Shown here: one piece after another, positions 22,245 to 34,648 of the stretch | How the letters are laid out: every line of letters starts with the position of its first letter | How positions within the stretch are numbered: the stretch's first letter is position 1 | Program-made: the position numbers and the translations under genes | Assembly: GCF_006345805.1 (NCBI RefSeq) | Contig: NW_021831668.1 | Location: forward strand, 1-34,648 | Source of the DNA: Octopus sinensis | Taxonomy: Eukaryota | Reading direction: 5' to 3' | DNA length: 34,648 bases | Notes under the pieces: generated by a model | Databases searched by the model: none | What the model saw: only the letters and a program-made list of their open reading frames with translations | What the model was told of the DNA's origin: nothing

Positions 22245-22352
22245 GGAGTGGAAATGAAAGGTAACGTCGATTTCGACGGAATTTGGACCCAGAATGTAAA
22301 GACGGGCGAAATGCCTCTAAACATCTTGGTTAGCGGGTTAACGATTCTGACA
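22245..22352 (-). mobile_element. SINE family A partial copy
   Basis: gaaatgaaaggtaacgtcgatttcgacggaatttggacccagaatg...ctgacagctcgtcgcc. Confidence 0.7.
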
Positions 22353-22367
22353 GCTCGTCGCCTGGAT

Positions 22368-22663
22368 GTGTATGTGTGTGTGTGTGTGCGTGTGTGCGTG
22401 TGTGAGTGTGTGTGTGCGTGTGTGTGTGTGTCTGTGTGTGTGTGTGTCCGTGTGTGTGTGTCTGTGTGTGCGTGTGTGTGCGTGTGTGTGTGTATGCGTG
22501 TGCGCGTGTGTGCGTGTGTGTGTGTGTGTCTGTGTGTGTGTATGTGTGCGTGTGTGCGCGTGTGTGTGTGTGTGTATGCGCGTGTGTGTGTGTGTCTGCG
22601 TGTGCGTATGTGTGCGTGTGTGTGTGTGTGTATGCGTGTGTGTGAGTGCGTGTGTCTGTGTGT

Positions 22664-22707
<44 letters not shown>

Positions 22708-22708
22708 T
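22368..22708. repeat. Long imperfect (GT)n microsatellite
   Basis: Directly visible; source of the spurious Cys/Val ORFs. Confidence 0.97.
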
Positions 22709-23392
22709 AAGCGTGTTAGTCAGAAAGCCTGACGGCGTTGTTCAGGCACATCGCTTTGAATTCCAATCTCACCGAGATCAGCTTTGCATTCCTGGGTTGA
22801 TAAAACAATGCCAACCTAGGAAAATGGCTGCCGGAACTTTTGGTGCCTGGGGCAACATTTTTTTGGTATGTTTCTTATTATTTTGCGTTTCCATTAGAAA
22901 AGGGCCGGGGTGCTCCTTGTGCTACGCTGTATTGAAGGAAGTGGACGCTCTTTCCCGTGGTTAAGCATCCTTGACAGAGAAAGAGATTTGCACGCCGAGG
23001 CAGCTGTTAGTCTTCCTCAAATCTTATTCACGTATGGTGAACATCAGCCGATAAATTTAGATATTTCTTTTTTTAAATTTAGTTTGCAATATTCTTGATG
23101 CAAATCCGTGATATCTGGGATCTAATCCACTTCTCTAGTGTTTCTACTACTATAATCCTAAGTTTAGCATCATTGAGAGCTTTCCAAACTCAATCGGCTG
23201 ATTTTTGATTCGATGTAACGTCTACAAACATTACACTTGAAGCTTGTTAGTGTTGAACCATGGCTTTATCTTGTCCCTCTTCTTACTAATATTTTGGAGT
23301 CTATTGCATAGTTTATTACGATATCTCGGGCGAGTTCTTTTTGTATTTTTACTTAGAATATTCTCTAAGTTTTTTCCCTTTGCTCCCTTCTA

Positions 23393-23700
23393 TCACAAGA
23401 TAGAAACACTCCGTGTTTCTGTTTTGTGCTTGCAACCAGAGAACTGCATGCCGTGCATGAAGTCCTGTTTATTTTCCTCTGTTTCACAAGTTTTCCACTG
23501 GGGGAATATGTAATTCAGGAGTATATCGAAGTCTGTTATAAGTATATTTATCTTAGCGTTGTACAATGTATCTGAATTCCTATGGACTATAGATTTAGAG
23601 GCCATGGATTTCACATATGAATGGAGGAGCTGAACTTCGTCGTCTATAGTCTTTAAATTCAGTATTAAGAACAGGGAACCTATCAGTTGGCTAAATCGTA
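23393..23700 (-). pseudogene. Possible LINE apurinic-endonuclease remnant
   Basis: IVHRNSDT..INILITDFDILL..W...KQDF....TETRSVSIL loosely follows VYRPP..GDFN..W..F...EPTR..ILDL. Confidence 0.3.
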
Positions 23701-23899
23701 GGGCAGTCAATTGTCGACTTGATACTGGATGCACTCTCGTTCCTATAACGTTTCTCACTGTATCTGTGTGGAGTTGTCTGAACTAAAAGATCATCTCTAT
23801 CCATGCTGCGTAATATGACTCGTAGCGATTGTTTTGAGATTTCCTGTCTACTTCGTGGTAATTGTCTGATGAAATATTTGCTACGCTAATGTTTGGTAG

Positions 23900-23937
<38 letters not shown>

Positions 23938-23950
23938 ACACGCACACTCA

Positions 23951-24063
23951 CAGAAAGAGATATATTTAGGAGTTTACAAAGAATTTGAGATGAACAAAAA
24001 TGCTAGAAAAACAGGTTGGTTCATCTCAAATTCTTTGTAAACTCCTAAATATATCTCCTTCTG
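23951..24063. repeat. Inverted repeat, 45-bp arms, 23-bp spacer
   Basis: cagaaagagatatatttaggagtttacaaagaatttgagatgaac / gttcatctcaaattctttgtaaactcctaaatatatctccttctg. Confidence 0.92.
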
Positions 24064-24127
24064 TATATATATATATATATATATAATATATATATATATA
24101 TATTATATATATATATATTATATATAT

Positions 24128-24189
<62 letters not shown>

Positions 24190-24607
24190 CAGATAGATAG
24201 ATAGATAGATAGATACTTCCAAACAAACATGATTTTTATTGAACTCCTAACACTTTTTGTTTAATATTTTCTCAAATATTTCCTTGTAAGCTGTTTTTAA
24301 CATTTTCTTATTATTATCAAAGAATGTATATCTGTATTTTAATACTTTTGTGACAACCAGTACTTAACACAACAAAGCTTTTACAAAGCTTTACATTTTA
24401 CTTTTGACAATCTTTTTCTAAAAAAGTGAAACCGGTCAAGTAAATAAACATCTTTAAAATTGCATTTTCAAACCTTCTTTCATATATATAATATTATATA
24501 TATATACACTGTTCAGTATCTACGCGTTGTTTAAAATGTACCTTTCTATTTGTTCCACAATACATTTCAACGCTTCGAAAACAAACTTGTTTGCTTACAT
24601 CGGACGT

Positions 24608-24650
<43 letters not shown>

Positions 24651-25220
24651 CAATGTACATTTATATATTTTATATTTATACACACACACACACACACGTT
24701 AGAAGTTTATTTTCTCTATTACTACGTCACCTTTGCGATGAAGGCATAATACAATTGCGAATGGAGTGGTGCATAGATATATGCGTGTGTATACATATAT
24801 GTATAAACTTATATAATTATAAATACCGTGTGTGCGTGTATGTGTACGTGCATATATTTATGTAAGTATATACTTCTGCATGACTTGATATCGAAAACAG
24901 TAAATGACCGCAAGGCAGTGAAAACTTCAATGAGAATAAAGAGCTATAAAAATAAATATACATATATTAATATATATCTATAGACACCTGAAACTAACAG
25001 TAGATCAAATTTAAATACTGTGAATATTAAATTATACTTATTTTTCACGGAATGAAGTTCTTTTTGTTAACCCTACTAATAACGGAACAGTACACTGTAT
25101 ATACACACAGACACATACGCATTCATAAATGCATGCATGTATATATACACATGTATTTGTACGTACATATCTAAAAATACATAAGGATATTACTGTTGAT
25201 AATTTGCAATACTGTCAGTG

Positions 25221-25679
25221 GCGAGCATGCGTAAAAGAACCAAAGGCAAAGTTATAATTTTGCCTATATACATACTTTACTTTGATAGGTTTCGGCCAGG
25301 AGTAGCCCAGGTCATGTCTAACTTAATAGTACCACCTGGCGAAGTCATTCAAATCAGGAATCGGACACCATGGCCCACTCGAGGAGAGTTATTGTTTAAG
25401 GAAACATATCCGAGTGTATGGGGATTTATGCGGGATTTTTGTAGGAATTTGTCCAAAGACTTCTTGAAATTTATGGGGTCTGTTTTTGCTTTAATGTGTT
25501 TTGGTGTAATGTTGAAGAGAGTGGGGCCAATTTAGGTGAAATAATTGTGCCGTATTGTTATGAGATACGAGTGTAATTTATGTTGTCGGCGGATAGCATG
25601 GGGTGTATTTTAGGTGATACCAACATCACTTGGGCAATGCAAATGGAATATTTTCACATCATGTAGATGATATAGCGCT

Positions 25680-25688
<9 letters not shown>
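25221..25688 (-). mobile_element. CR1-like LINE 3' fragment, copy 2 (near-identical to 19681-20147)
   Basis: Same sequence and boundaries; ORF-track translations identical (ASMRKRTKGK...RVGPI). Confidence 0.75.
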
Positions 25689-25765
<77 letters not shown>

Positions 25766-26229
25766 GCATTTTATTATATATTAATACATACACACATTTA
25801 TTCTTACATACCGCGTTTAGAAAAATTGTGATTCCTGAAGTTATGAGAATTCTACGTCAGTATTATCCAATCGTTTGTCGTTATTTTGAATCCAGGAATA
25901 ACTGCTGAAGGGTGAAAATGTTGATGTGTGAGTAAGCAATGTATATTTTAGTAGAAGGGAATCGATAGTGTAAGATTTGATGTTCACTAAGATTTCTTCA
26001 GATTATATATCTTACACGAATATATTTATATCTATGTCTGAGAGAAATGATTAATCTTGATTTTTCGCTACGATTTTTATCGAAGTGGTAGAAGATGTCC
26101 TTCTTTTTCCTCAGAAATTTACTGGATACATTTATATCTTTATATCTATGTACTTCTACTTGCGTAAACTCTTCTTTTATATCGTTCGTTTATCATTTAG
26201 GCATTTCGTTCGAACATAGCAGCGGGACA

Positions 26230-27560
26230 GGAGTATGTATGAATAAACAACCGTTTCATTTCCCTATGAGATATTATCACCATTTCTATATTCTACGTAA
26301 AGCCCGATTTACTGAATAATTATTATCCAATGCCTTCGAAGGCTATTCATTTGTCTCATACGCAAATCATGTAACAAGGAACTCCTATATGGTTCCAAAA
26401 ACAACGAGAACTCATAATTGCTAAAAATATTTATATAATATAAATATAACGGATTCTTTAAGACCAATATGTAAGATTTCGCAAACATTTTCTGCGAAAT
26501 CGAATACAAGGGAAAATATTTCAACAATATATTTTTTGTAGAGTCAGTTAAACGAAATATATTACATGAAAACGACAGCAACGCATATTATAGACGTTTA
26601 TCACAAAAACTCACAAACGTACACAAAAAATTTAAAAATTAAGAAAATCTATAAATTTAAACACTGAAGAAATTATCACTTTGGCAACACTTGATGTGCT
26701 TAGACGAAATATTAATTTCAAATCTAATTTGGTGAAGAACATTTCGACAAAACTCATTAACCTCAATGAACCTGAATTTGAGATACTTACAAAAAAAGAT
26801 TTAAAATACACGATTCATTAAAATTTTAAAAAGATTAAATTTATCTTTTTTTTTTTGCTATGAACGCATTTCTCGCATTAATTTTTTTAATCTCATCAAC
26901 AAAGCAGTTTTACTGTTCAAATGATTAAATAATCTCCTTTTATAAAACCCTTTACATCAGAAAGCATTAGATTTCTACGATTTATCAGCTATAATTTAGA
27001 TTACTATTAATAAATATCACATTAAGATTACTTAAGCATGTAAGCTCTATCTTTATATTTTGGCAAATACATTTGGGTAAAGAAAAACGCCATTGCTTCG
27101 CTCGATTTGATGCTAATTTGGATTCCCAAGATTTACTTTTTTACCTTAGAATTCAATTTTAGCAGACTGGGGTGGATTTCTATTGCAATGACGGCTTATT
27201 GATTCTTGGGGGTTTGAAATGAACACATATTTTCATTTAAGGTTCCTCTGTATCCAATGCGCGAGACACAAACATATTTAACATTTACTTTGTTATACTT
27301 AATTTTATCGACATTGAACAACTTTGAAACACCAATCTTTCGGGAAACTTTACAAAACGTAATAAAATATTAACACAAACTCAAATTACCCATGAAATCT
27401 TTTAAAGAATTTAATCCCCAAAATTGTTCGTTCCCTTCTAACTATTTATAATCTAAACAATATTGGTTTAACAACATCGTAAATAACCTCCACAACAAGA
27501 GGTATTCAGCCGTACCGGTTTCAACAATGATATCATTCACAAATACGTTTTGTTATAATA
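26230..27560 (+). pseudogene. Highly decayed Penelope-like reverse transcriptase (many stops and frameshifts)
   Basis: Colinear fragments DFANIFCEIEY, YYRRLSQKLTNVHKK, INLNTEEII..TKLINLNEPE (cf. RLINP.K.E), WVKKN..FDANLDS (cf. WVKK..FDVTMGS), FYCNDGLLI (cf. LYRDDGL), NFIDI (cf. NFLDV), NTNSNYP (cf. N..SNHP), FSRTGFNNDI. Confidence 0.6.
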
Positions 27561-27947
27561 AACACACAAAAGCTATAAGAATAGTAATGATATTGTTGCA
27601 GTACTAGTCCATACATCGATATTATCATTTTGGTATTAACGAAAGAACCAGCAATGCAAAATGTTTTATGAAATTAACGGATAAATATTTCGCCACCGAT
27701 TATAAATATAAAATTATACACACACTTCTATATGTGAGAATATACATATATTTAGAGAAATATTTTTTCAAAGAGTTAAAATTAAGAAAAGAAAACTTTT
27801 TAGAGAGTACAATTGTCCTAACTTTTTGGAAGGAATTTCACAAATTGTGTGTAGGCTTTCATAAATGTACAATCGCTTTCCGTTCTCAACGTTATCACGC
27901 TCATATTATGGCTATTGTATATAGCGGAATATGTGGTTGATAACGTT

Positions 27948-28050
27948 TAAGTACCGGTTACGTACTGGGATCGATATAATCGACTTAATCCGTTTGTCTG
28001 TCCTTGTTTGTCCTCTCTATGTTTAGCCCCTTGTGCTCAATAAAGAAATA
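27948..28050 (+). mobile_element. 5'-truncated SINE family A (tail variant) with 10-bp TSD tgataacgtt
   Basis: tgataacgtt at 27938-27947 and 28051-28060 flanks taagtacc...aataaagaaata. Confidence 0.8.
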
Positions 28051-28698
28051 TGATAACGTTGAGAACTGAAAGCGCTTGAGCATTCATTAAAGCCTACACA
28101 CAATTTGTCGTAAACAAAGTGGTGTGGGTTCGAGTCCCACGCGTACGGAAAACCCTACTTTTTCTGTCAAGGGCTTATATATTCCTTTATTAGACTATTT
28201 TCTTTAGTCATTGCGCGGTGATTGCTTATAAGCTTTAAGTTTATAAGATACTATTATATATATGCATGTTATTGTATTTTTCTTTCTTACTTCTGTACTC
28301 CGATCTTTCCAGTTCCTTTTCTTGCTTTTCAGATTTACTTGTTTATATTTCTCTCTCTTTTTCCCCCTTTCATCTTCTCCCTCTACCAATCCATGTATTT
28401 GCGAATGTGTGTGTGTGTGTGTGTGTGTGTGGTCAAACCTGTGTGTATCATTACAGGTGTGTTCGCGAACCAATCACCGTTTCCCCATCGATATTAGAAA
28501 CCAACTTCAACACAATCAGTCAAAACCAGTCGATGAAGTTAATTACATTAATCCATATATATTTGTAACTACAATTAACCCTGTGTGCAGAAGAGCCACG
28601 AAGACTGAGCCACATACATGAATATATGCATATATATATAAATATATATCTATATATATATATATATATATATACATAAATGTATTAATATATATGCC

Positions 28699-28753
<55 letters not shown>

Positions 28754-28894
28754 AATATATAAATATATATATGCATATATATATATATTTAAATATATAT
28801 ATATAAATATATAAATTAAATATTTATACATATATACATATTTAAGTATTTTTATATATATATTTCAAATATATATTTAAATATTAAATATTTA

Positions 28895-28928
28895 GATAGA
28901 GAGATAGATAGATAGATAGATAGATAGC

Positions 28929-28968
<40 letters not shown>

Positions 28969-28993
28969 GGATAGATGGATGGATGGATGGATG

Positions 28994-29088
<95 letters not shown>
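28895..29088. repeat. (GATA)n/(GATG)n tetranucleotide tract (another at 24128-24213)
   Basis: Directly visible. Confidence 0.97.
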
Positions 29089-29089
<1 letters not shown>

Positions 29090-29569
29090 GTGTGTATTTT
29101 ATGTATGCATTTTATTCTTTTCAGGGCCTACTCAATATAAAAGAATGTCTGTAGTCGAGCGCATGTCCCTCCGGGGGTTATCACACTGATGTATCGATAT
29201 TTGTCTTTGAGGTGGCAGCTATAATACAATAAACGATATTGAATATATCGCAAAATAAAACGAACACCAAATAAAAAAAATAAAAAGCCAAAGCTCTGTT
29301 GCTTCGACTCGCAGCTTTGTTGTCGACGAAGGAGAAGAACATTAAATGAGGCTTTTCTATATTCGTCTCTCCTAGATTTTGCTGTTAGTGGCTGACCTCA
29401 TGTCAGCTCTGATCTGACAGATCTATGCAGGATGAAAAGCTGTTTCAGTCGTGACCATCACGTCTTTATCTTTCTATTTGCTGTATCTAAGACTACGTTG
29501 CCAAAATGTGCTTTGTTTTTTGTAAAGGTTGTAGAGATAGTGGGGAATTATTATTATAAGGGGTTCTAA

Positions 29570-29965
29570 GGCTGGTGAGCTGGCAGAATCGTTAGCACGC
29601 CGGGCGAAATGCTTAGCGGTATTTCACCTGCCGCTACGTTCTGAGTTTAAATTCCACCGAGGTCGACTTTGCCTTTCATCCTTTCGGGGCTGATTAAATA
29701 AGTACCAGTTACGCACTGGGGTCGATGTAATTGACTTGATCCCTTCCCCCAAATTTGAGGCCTTGTGCTTCCAGTAGAAAGAATTATTACAAGTGGTAGA
29801 GAAGAAGCAGAATAGTAAGCTTAACGGTATTTCGCCCGCCTTTTCGTTCTGAGTTCAAATGCCGCCGAGGTTGACTTTCTCGTTTACACAGATTCCAGTG
29901 GAGCAGTGAGATCTGACTAATCGACTAACACCTCCCACCGAAATTTCAGACGTTCTGCTTTTTGT
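29570..29965 (+). mobile_element. Two adjacent SINE family A copies (29570-29782 and degenerate 29815-29965)
   Basis: ggctggtgagctggcagaatcgttagcacgccgggcgaaatgc; second copy aagcttaacggtatttcgcccg..ttctgagttcaaatgccgccgagg. Confidence 0.85.
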
Positions 29966-29973
29966 AGAAATTA

Positions 29974-29974
<1 letters not shown>

Positions 29975-30050
<76 letters not shown>

Positions 30051-30320
30051 TAGTTTTATTTTTATAGCGTGCTTTCACTTCACTACCGAGCGCAGCTCGT
30101 GTGCCTTGGGATGTGCTGTTGATTTGTTGTGATGCTCTGATGGTTATTGTATGGAAAGTGTTCTGCGTAGGATGTGTGCAGTGCCTAGTAGTGCATTTTC
30201 TGTATGTTATATGTGTTTGTAAGTCCTGGTGTTTTTGTTATGTATTGGTCTGTTATGTATTATTATTATTATTATTATATTATTATTATTATTATTATTA
30301 TCATTATTATTATCATTATT

Positions 30321-30355
<35 letters not shown>

Positions 30356-30438
30356 TATCATATCATTATTATTATATTATTATAATTATTATTATGATTA
30401 TTATATTATTATTATTATTTATTATCATCATATTATTA

Positions 30439-30471
<33 letters not shown>

Positions 30472-30478
30472 CATTATA

Positions 30479-30518
<40 letters not shown>

Positions 30519-30529
30519 TATTATCATTA

Positions 30530-30587
<58 letters not shown>
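29975..30587. repeat. (ATT)n/(ATC)n tracts at 29975-30047 and 30248-30587
   Basis: Directly visible. Confidence 0.95.
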
Positions 30588-30589
30588 GT

Positions 30590-30750
30590 GAAGCCATGAG
30601 CTGGTAGAATCATTAGCAAGTCTTCATGTTCTCAGTTCAAATATCCGCAGATGTTGATTTGCCTTCGGAGTCAGTGGAATAAATTGGGCTTTGTATAATC
30701 GAGTGGAACCTCTCCGAAAATTCCAAACTTTGTGCCTATTGGACAAAGAA
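30590..30750 (+). mobile_element. Degenerate SINE family A
   Basis: gagctggtagaatcattagca..ttctcagttcaaat. Confidence 0.6.
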
Positions 30751-30990
30751 TTATTAGATATAAATTAGAGTATCGAGTATTTCTTCCGATACTTGATGTT
30801 CTGACTTCAAATCCCACCGATGCTATAGATGATCGATTATAAATCGAGTGACAAACGCAGCGAGCGGGAAGAACTGTTGCAGTGACGGAGAAATTCTTTC
30901 TGGCGTTAGTAAGAGAATTTTATATATAGATATATGTAACGTAATAGATATAATGCACACATATATAACATAGTATAAAATATGATATAC

Positions 30991-31039
<49 letters not shown>

Positions 31040-31041
31040 CG

Positions 31042-31119
<78 letters not shown>

Positions 31120-31124
<5 letters not shown>

Positions 31125-31328
31125 GAAAGTTTACGAAAATAAACAAAAGACGAAGGCAGGTGGAGTACAAACAAACAAATGTATTAGTATAACGCTCAGG
31201 AATAGGAATAGAAAAAGTCTTTTACGTTTCGAGCCTACGCTCTTCGACAGAAAGATACACAGAAAAAAAATAAGGAGAGAAACAAGGAGAGACAAAAATG
31301 CGTGTAGGAGCTAACGATCTATCATGGC
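31120..31328 (-). mobile_element. Second copy of the variant-HHR element (motif 31217-31254)
   Basis: Minus strand: cttt-CTGTCGAA-gagc-gtag-gctc-GAAA-CGT-A-aaagac; abuts (TA)n. Confidence 0.6.
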
Positions 31329-31348
31329 GTCCTGACTTCGGACGGGGA

Positions 31349-31565
31349 GGTGGCGAGCTGGCAGAATCTTTAGGAGGTCGGACAAAAAATGCTTGGGGAC
31401 GTTTTTTCCGTCTTTATATTCTGAGTCCAAATCTTGCCGAGATCAATTTTACTTTGCATCCTTTTGAATTTGATCAAATAAAGTACCATTTAAGTACAGG
31501 GGGCAATATAATCGACTAACCCCCTTCCCTCAAAATTTGCTGGTTTTGTGCCTAAATCAGGAACC
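31349..31565 (+). mobile_element. Degenerate SINE family A
   Basis: ggtggcgagctggcagaatc..ttctgagtccaaatcttgccgag. Confidence 0.75.
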
Positions 31566-31579
31566 ATTCTATGAGTAAG

Positions 31580-32000
31580 CTCAGTTTTGTGGTTAAGTAG
31601 TTGGGCTCGTAACTACATGAATTTAAGTTCGGTTCCACTGCACGACACCTTTCACAAGTGTTTTCCATAGCCTCGGACCAAACAACGCCATATAGGTGAA
31701 TTTAATAGACAGAAAACTGTATGTGTGTGTGTACATATATATATATATATATATTTCTATGTGTAGGCGTGCGTGTGTGTGTATGTATTTATATATGTGT
31801 CTGTACATCTGTGTGTCTGTCCACCCCACCGTAAATGTTGGTCTATTTACATCCCCATAACCTAGCAGTTCAGCAAAGCGAGATCGAAAGAATAAGAATC
31901 AGGTTTGCGAGAATGTAAGCTCTCGAGGATATATTTGTTCAACCATTTAACGGTTGCCCCAGCATGACCGCTTTTCAAAACTAACACAAGTAAAAGTAAA
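31580..32000 (+). mobile_element. Degenerate SINE family B
   Basis: gtggttaagtagttgggc..ggttccactgcacgacacc..ccccagcatgaccgc..acaagtaaaag. Confidence 0.65.
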
Positions 32001-33323
32001 AGCAGAAATAAATTTGCAGTGACATGTGGTTTCATATCCTAACTGCTGAATGAGAGCAGGTAGAGAGTGAAAGGTAAGATATATTACATCTATATTGATC
32101 TGGTATTATTAGATCATAGTTATTAAGTAAACCATTTCCAATCATAAGAACCCATCCAAGGTAATGTCATCATTAAAATACGAAATTTTGTTCTTGATGA
32201 GTTGGCAAAATATATGCCATAGAAGCTTGTAAAGGCGCCATACTTATCAACATCACCATCAACACCACCATCATAATCGTCATCATCATCACCATCATCA
32301 AAATGTTCATCATCATCACCATCGTTACAGCGCCCCCACCAACTACTACAAGCACAAATCCAAATGTTTGGTTGATTTTTTTCCCTCTCTTCCCGTAGAC
32401 AGTAAAAAAATATCAGCCGTTTAATGTGATCGATCGAGTATAAACGTCTCCTTCAAATGTGTAAAATTGAGCCAAACACAGGAAATTAGCATCAGTATAT
32501 AAGTATATTAGTATATTAGTATATTCCTATATTAGTATATTACCATATTACTATATTTAATAGCATTATCATTATATTACTCCGTTAGAATATTATTACA
32601 TTACTATTTTCGTAAATTCCTTTTGAGATTCCTATCGATACAGACGATAAACACCACACAAATCGCTGTGTGCCTTTTAAATTTCGAGTAAACGATAAAA
32701 AAATAAACTTTTAAACTCTTTTATTACCATATGTCTGTAGAAATGCGTTGCCTCGGCGTAAATTACTTTTGAAAATAAGGAAGAATTTAGTGAAATAAGT
32801 TTGTCTTTATTAAGGAGGTGCCTGAAATTCTGAGGTTTTGATGGAACGTTATAATTTCGATCGCTTTTAAAGTAAGAAGCTTGTATCATAATACCAGGGG
32901 TATTACCGGGTCGGGTTGGCGTTCAGGTTAAGTTTCTTCACCGAATACATTTGGAATACAGCCAAATCAATAAGATTTCTTCAACATTTCGTTCTTATGG
33001 CGAAATTGGTCAGAGCTTTGATTTCTTTCCCCAACTGCATGGCAGAAATCGTGATGACGTCATGAGTGCGATCGTCCTGATGATAGTAATCAAAATCATT
33101 ATAATGATGATGATGATAATATTGATGACAGTGACCATCACCATAACCATCATAATCATGATCCTTGTTGTCATCATCACTAGTGGCAACATCATCAGCA
33201 TCACCGTCATCACCTCGACCATCAACATTATCATCATCATCGTCATCGTGCTGTTAATGCCGATCAATGTAGTCTTACCAATACAACCACACACACACAC
33301 TATATTTATATATATAATACATA

Positions 33324-33362
<39 letters not shown>

Positions 33363-33502
33363 ATAGCTGTATATATATATGTATATATATATATATATAT
33401 TATATATATATATATAATATATATTTATATATATATATTATATATAATATATATATAATATCCGTATATACATATACACACACACACATATATATTATAC
33501 AG

Positions 33503-33538
<36 letters not shown>

Positions 33539-33689
33539 GCGCTCACAATCAGTTTTCCGTTATAAAATCATTTCCTCCGCTTTCATATCATTCACATCCA
33601 CAGAGAAGTTGACGTATACACCCTCCAATATATACCCATACTAACAAGCATATATATGTATATACGCATGCGCACACATATAGATGCGC

Positions 33690-34022
33690 ACAAACCTACA
33701 TAAACTGGCTCCTCTCTGCCTGTTGCAACGACGAGGGTTCCAGTTGATCTGATTAACCGAACAACGAGCTCTTGAAATTAACATACAAGTGGCTGAGTAC
33801 TCCACAGACACGCGTTCCCATAACATACTTCCTTCGGTGTGACACAAAATGTGACAAGGCTGGCCCCTTTGGATTACGGGTACAAACCATTTTCGCCAGC
33901 TGAGTGGACTGGAGCAATAAAGTGAAATAAAGTGTCTTGCCCAAGGACACAACGCGTCAGTCGGTATCGAACTCATTACCCTGCGATCGTGAGCCGAGTA
34001 TTCTAACGAGTAAGCCAAGCGC
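33690..34022 (-). mobile_element. tRNA-derived SINE family D with gtgtccttgggcaagacactt central motif
   Basis: Minus head gcgcttggcttactcgttagaatactcggctcacgatcgcagggtaatgagttcgatacc, then ccttgggcaagacacttt..ttgctccagtccactcagctgg. Confidence 0.7.
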
Positions 34023-34264
34023 TTTCACACACACACACATTAAACAAAAATTTCGCAATTTGCTTCTAAAACTGCTGTCCGTCGTATGTTTACAATTCCA
34101 ATTTTTAAATTGAATGAAGAGTAACAACTTATGAAAGTGATCGATTCTTATCTTGATGCTCCCACACAACATACCGATAAATCACCCCGAATCGATAGCA
34201 TTCTTATCGATCTTTTTCTCAAATACTATTTCAAATAATAAAAAAGTAATAACTGAACAAATAC

Positions 34265-34295
<31 letters not shown>

Positions 34296-34340
34296 ATAAA
34301 GGGGGAGTTTCTTTGTTATATATGTAATTTCCTTTATTAA

Positions 34341-34648
34341 GGCGGTGAGCTGGCAGAATCGTTAGCACACCGGGCGAAATGCTCAGTGGTATTTCGTCTG
34401 CCGCAACGTTCTGAGTTCAAATTCCGCCGTGGTCGACTCTGCCTTTCATCCTTTCGGAGTCGATTAAATAAGTACCAGTTAAGCACTGGGGTCGATATAA
34501 TCAACTGAATCCGTTTGTCTGTCTTGTTTGTCCTCTCTGTGTTTTAGACGACCTTGTGGGTAGTAAAGAATAGGTATTTCGTCTGCCGCAACGTTCTGAG
34601 TTCAAATTCCGCCGAGGTCGACTCTGCCTTTCATCCTTTCGCGATCAA
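34341..34648 (+). mobile_element. SINE family A, dimeric arrangement, runs off the window end
   Basis: Full unit to ~34570, then the body restarts at gtatttcgtctgccgcaacg. Confidence 0.9.

Noticed and set aside
28120-28142. gtgggttcgagtcccac tRNA T-arm-like sequence
   Set aside because: No D-arm, anticodon arm or acceptor stem; isolated B-box fragment
2602-33565. Numerous long ORFs rich in YI, CV, HT, LS, poly-T/V/L/Y or I/M
   Set aside because: They are translations of (TA)n, (GT)n, (CT)n, (TAG)n, (ATT)n and (ATC)n microsatellites

Overview
AT-rich eukaryotic genomic DNA dominated by (TA)n, (GATA)n, (ATT)n, (TAG)n and (GT)n microsatellites and interspersed repeats. The SINE families look like those of an octopod cephalopod (recognition from memory, not a database hit). 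Almost all ORFs in the supplied track are microsatellite or SINE artefacts, and no intact gene is evident. Recognisable content: (1) a Penelope-like element (PLE) remnant on the minus strand (post-RT domain plus C-terminal GIY-YIG endonuclease, one internal stop), flanked by direct and inverted pLTR-like repeats that carry type I hammerhead ribozyme (HHR) motifs, including a spacer-less 360-bp palindrome with two oppositely oriented HHRs; (2) a separate minimal HHR at 12828-12873 and three copies of a ~200-bp non-coding element with a core-variant HHR fold; (3) an older decayed PLE reverse transcriptase; (4) a decayed mariner, a Tc1/maT fragment, a non-autonomous Helitron, CR1-like and Tx1-like LINE remnants, and at least four tRNA-derived SINE families; (5) several fold-back inverted repeats and a near-identical 470-bp local duplication; (6) a few weakly supported candidate exons of an unidentified host gene. 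All alignments, translations and folds were done by eye, so boundaries of decayed elements are approximate.
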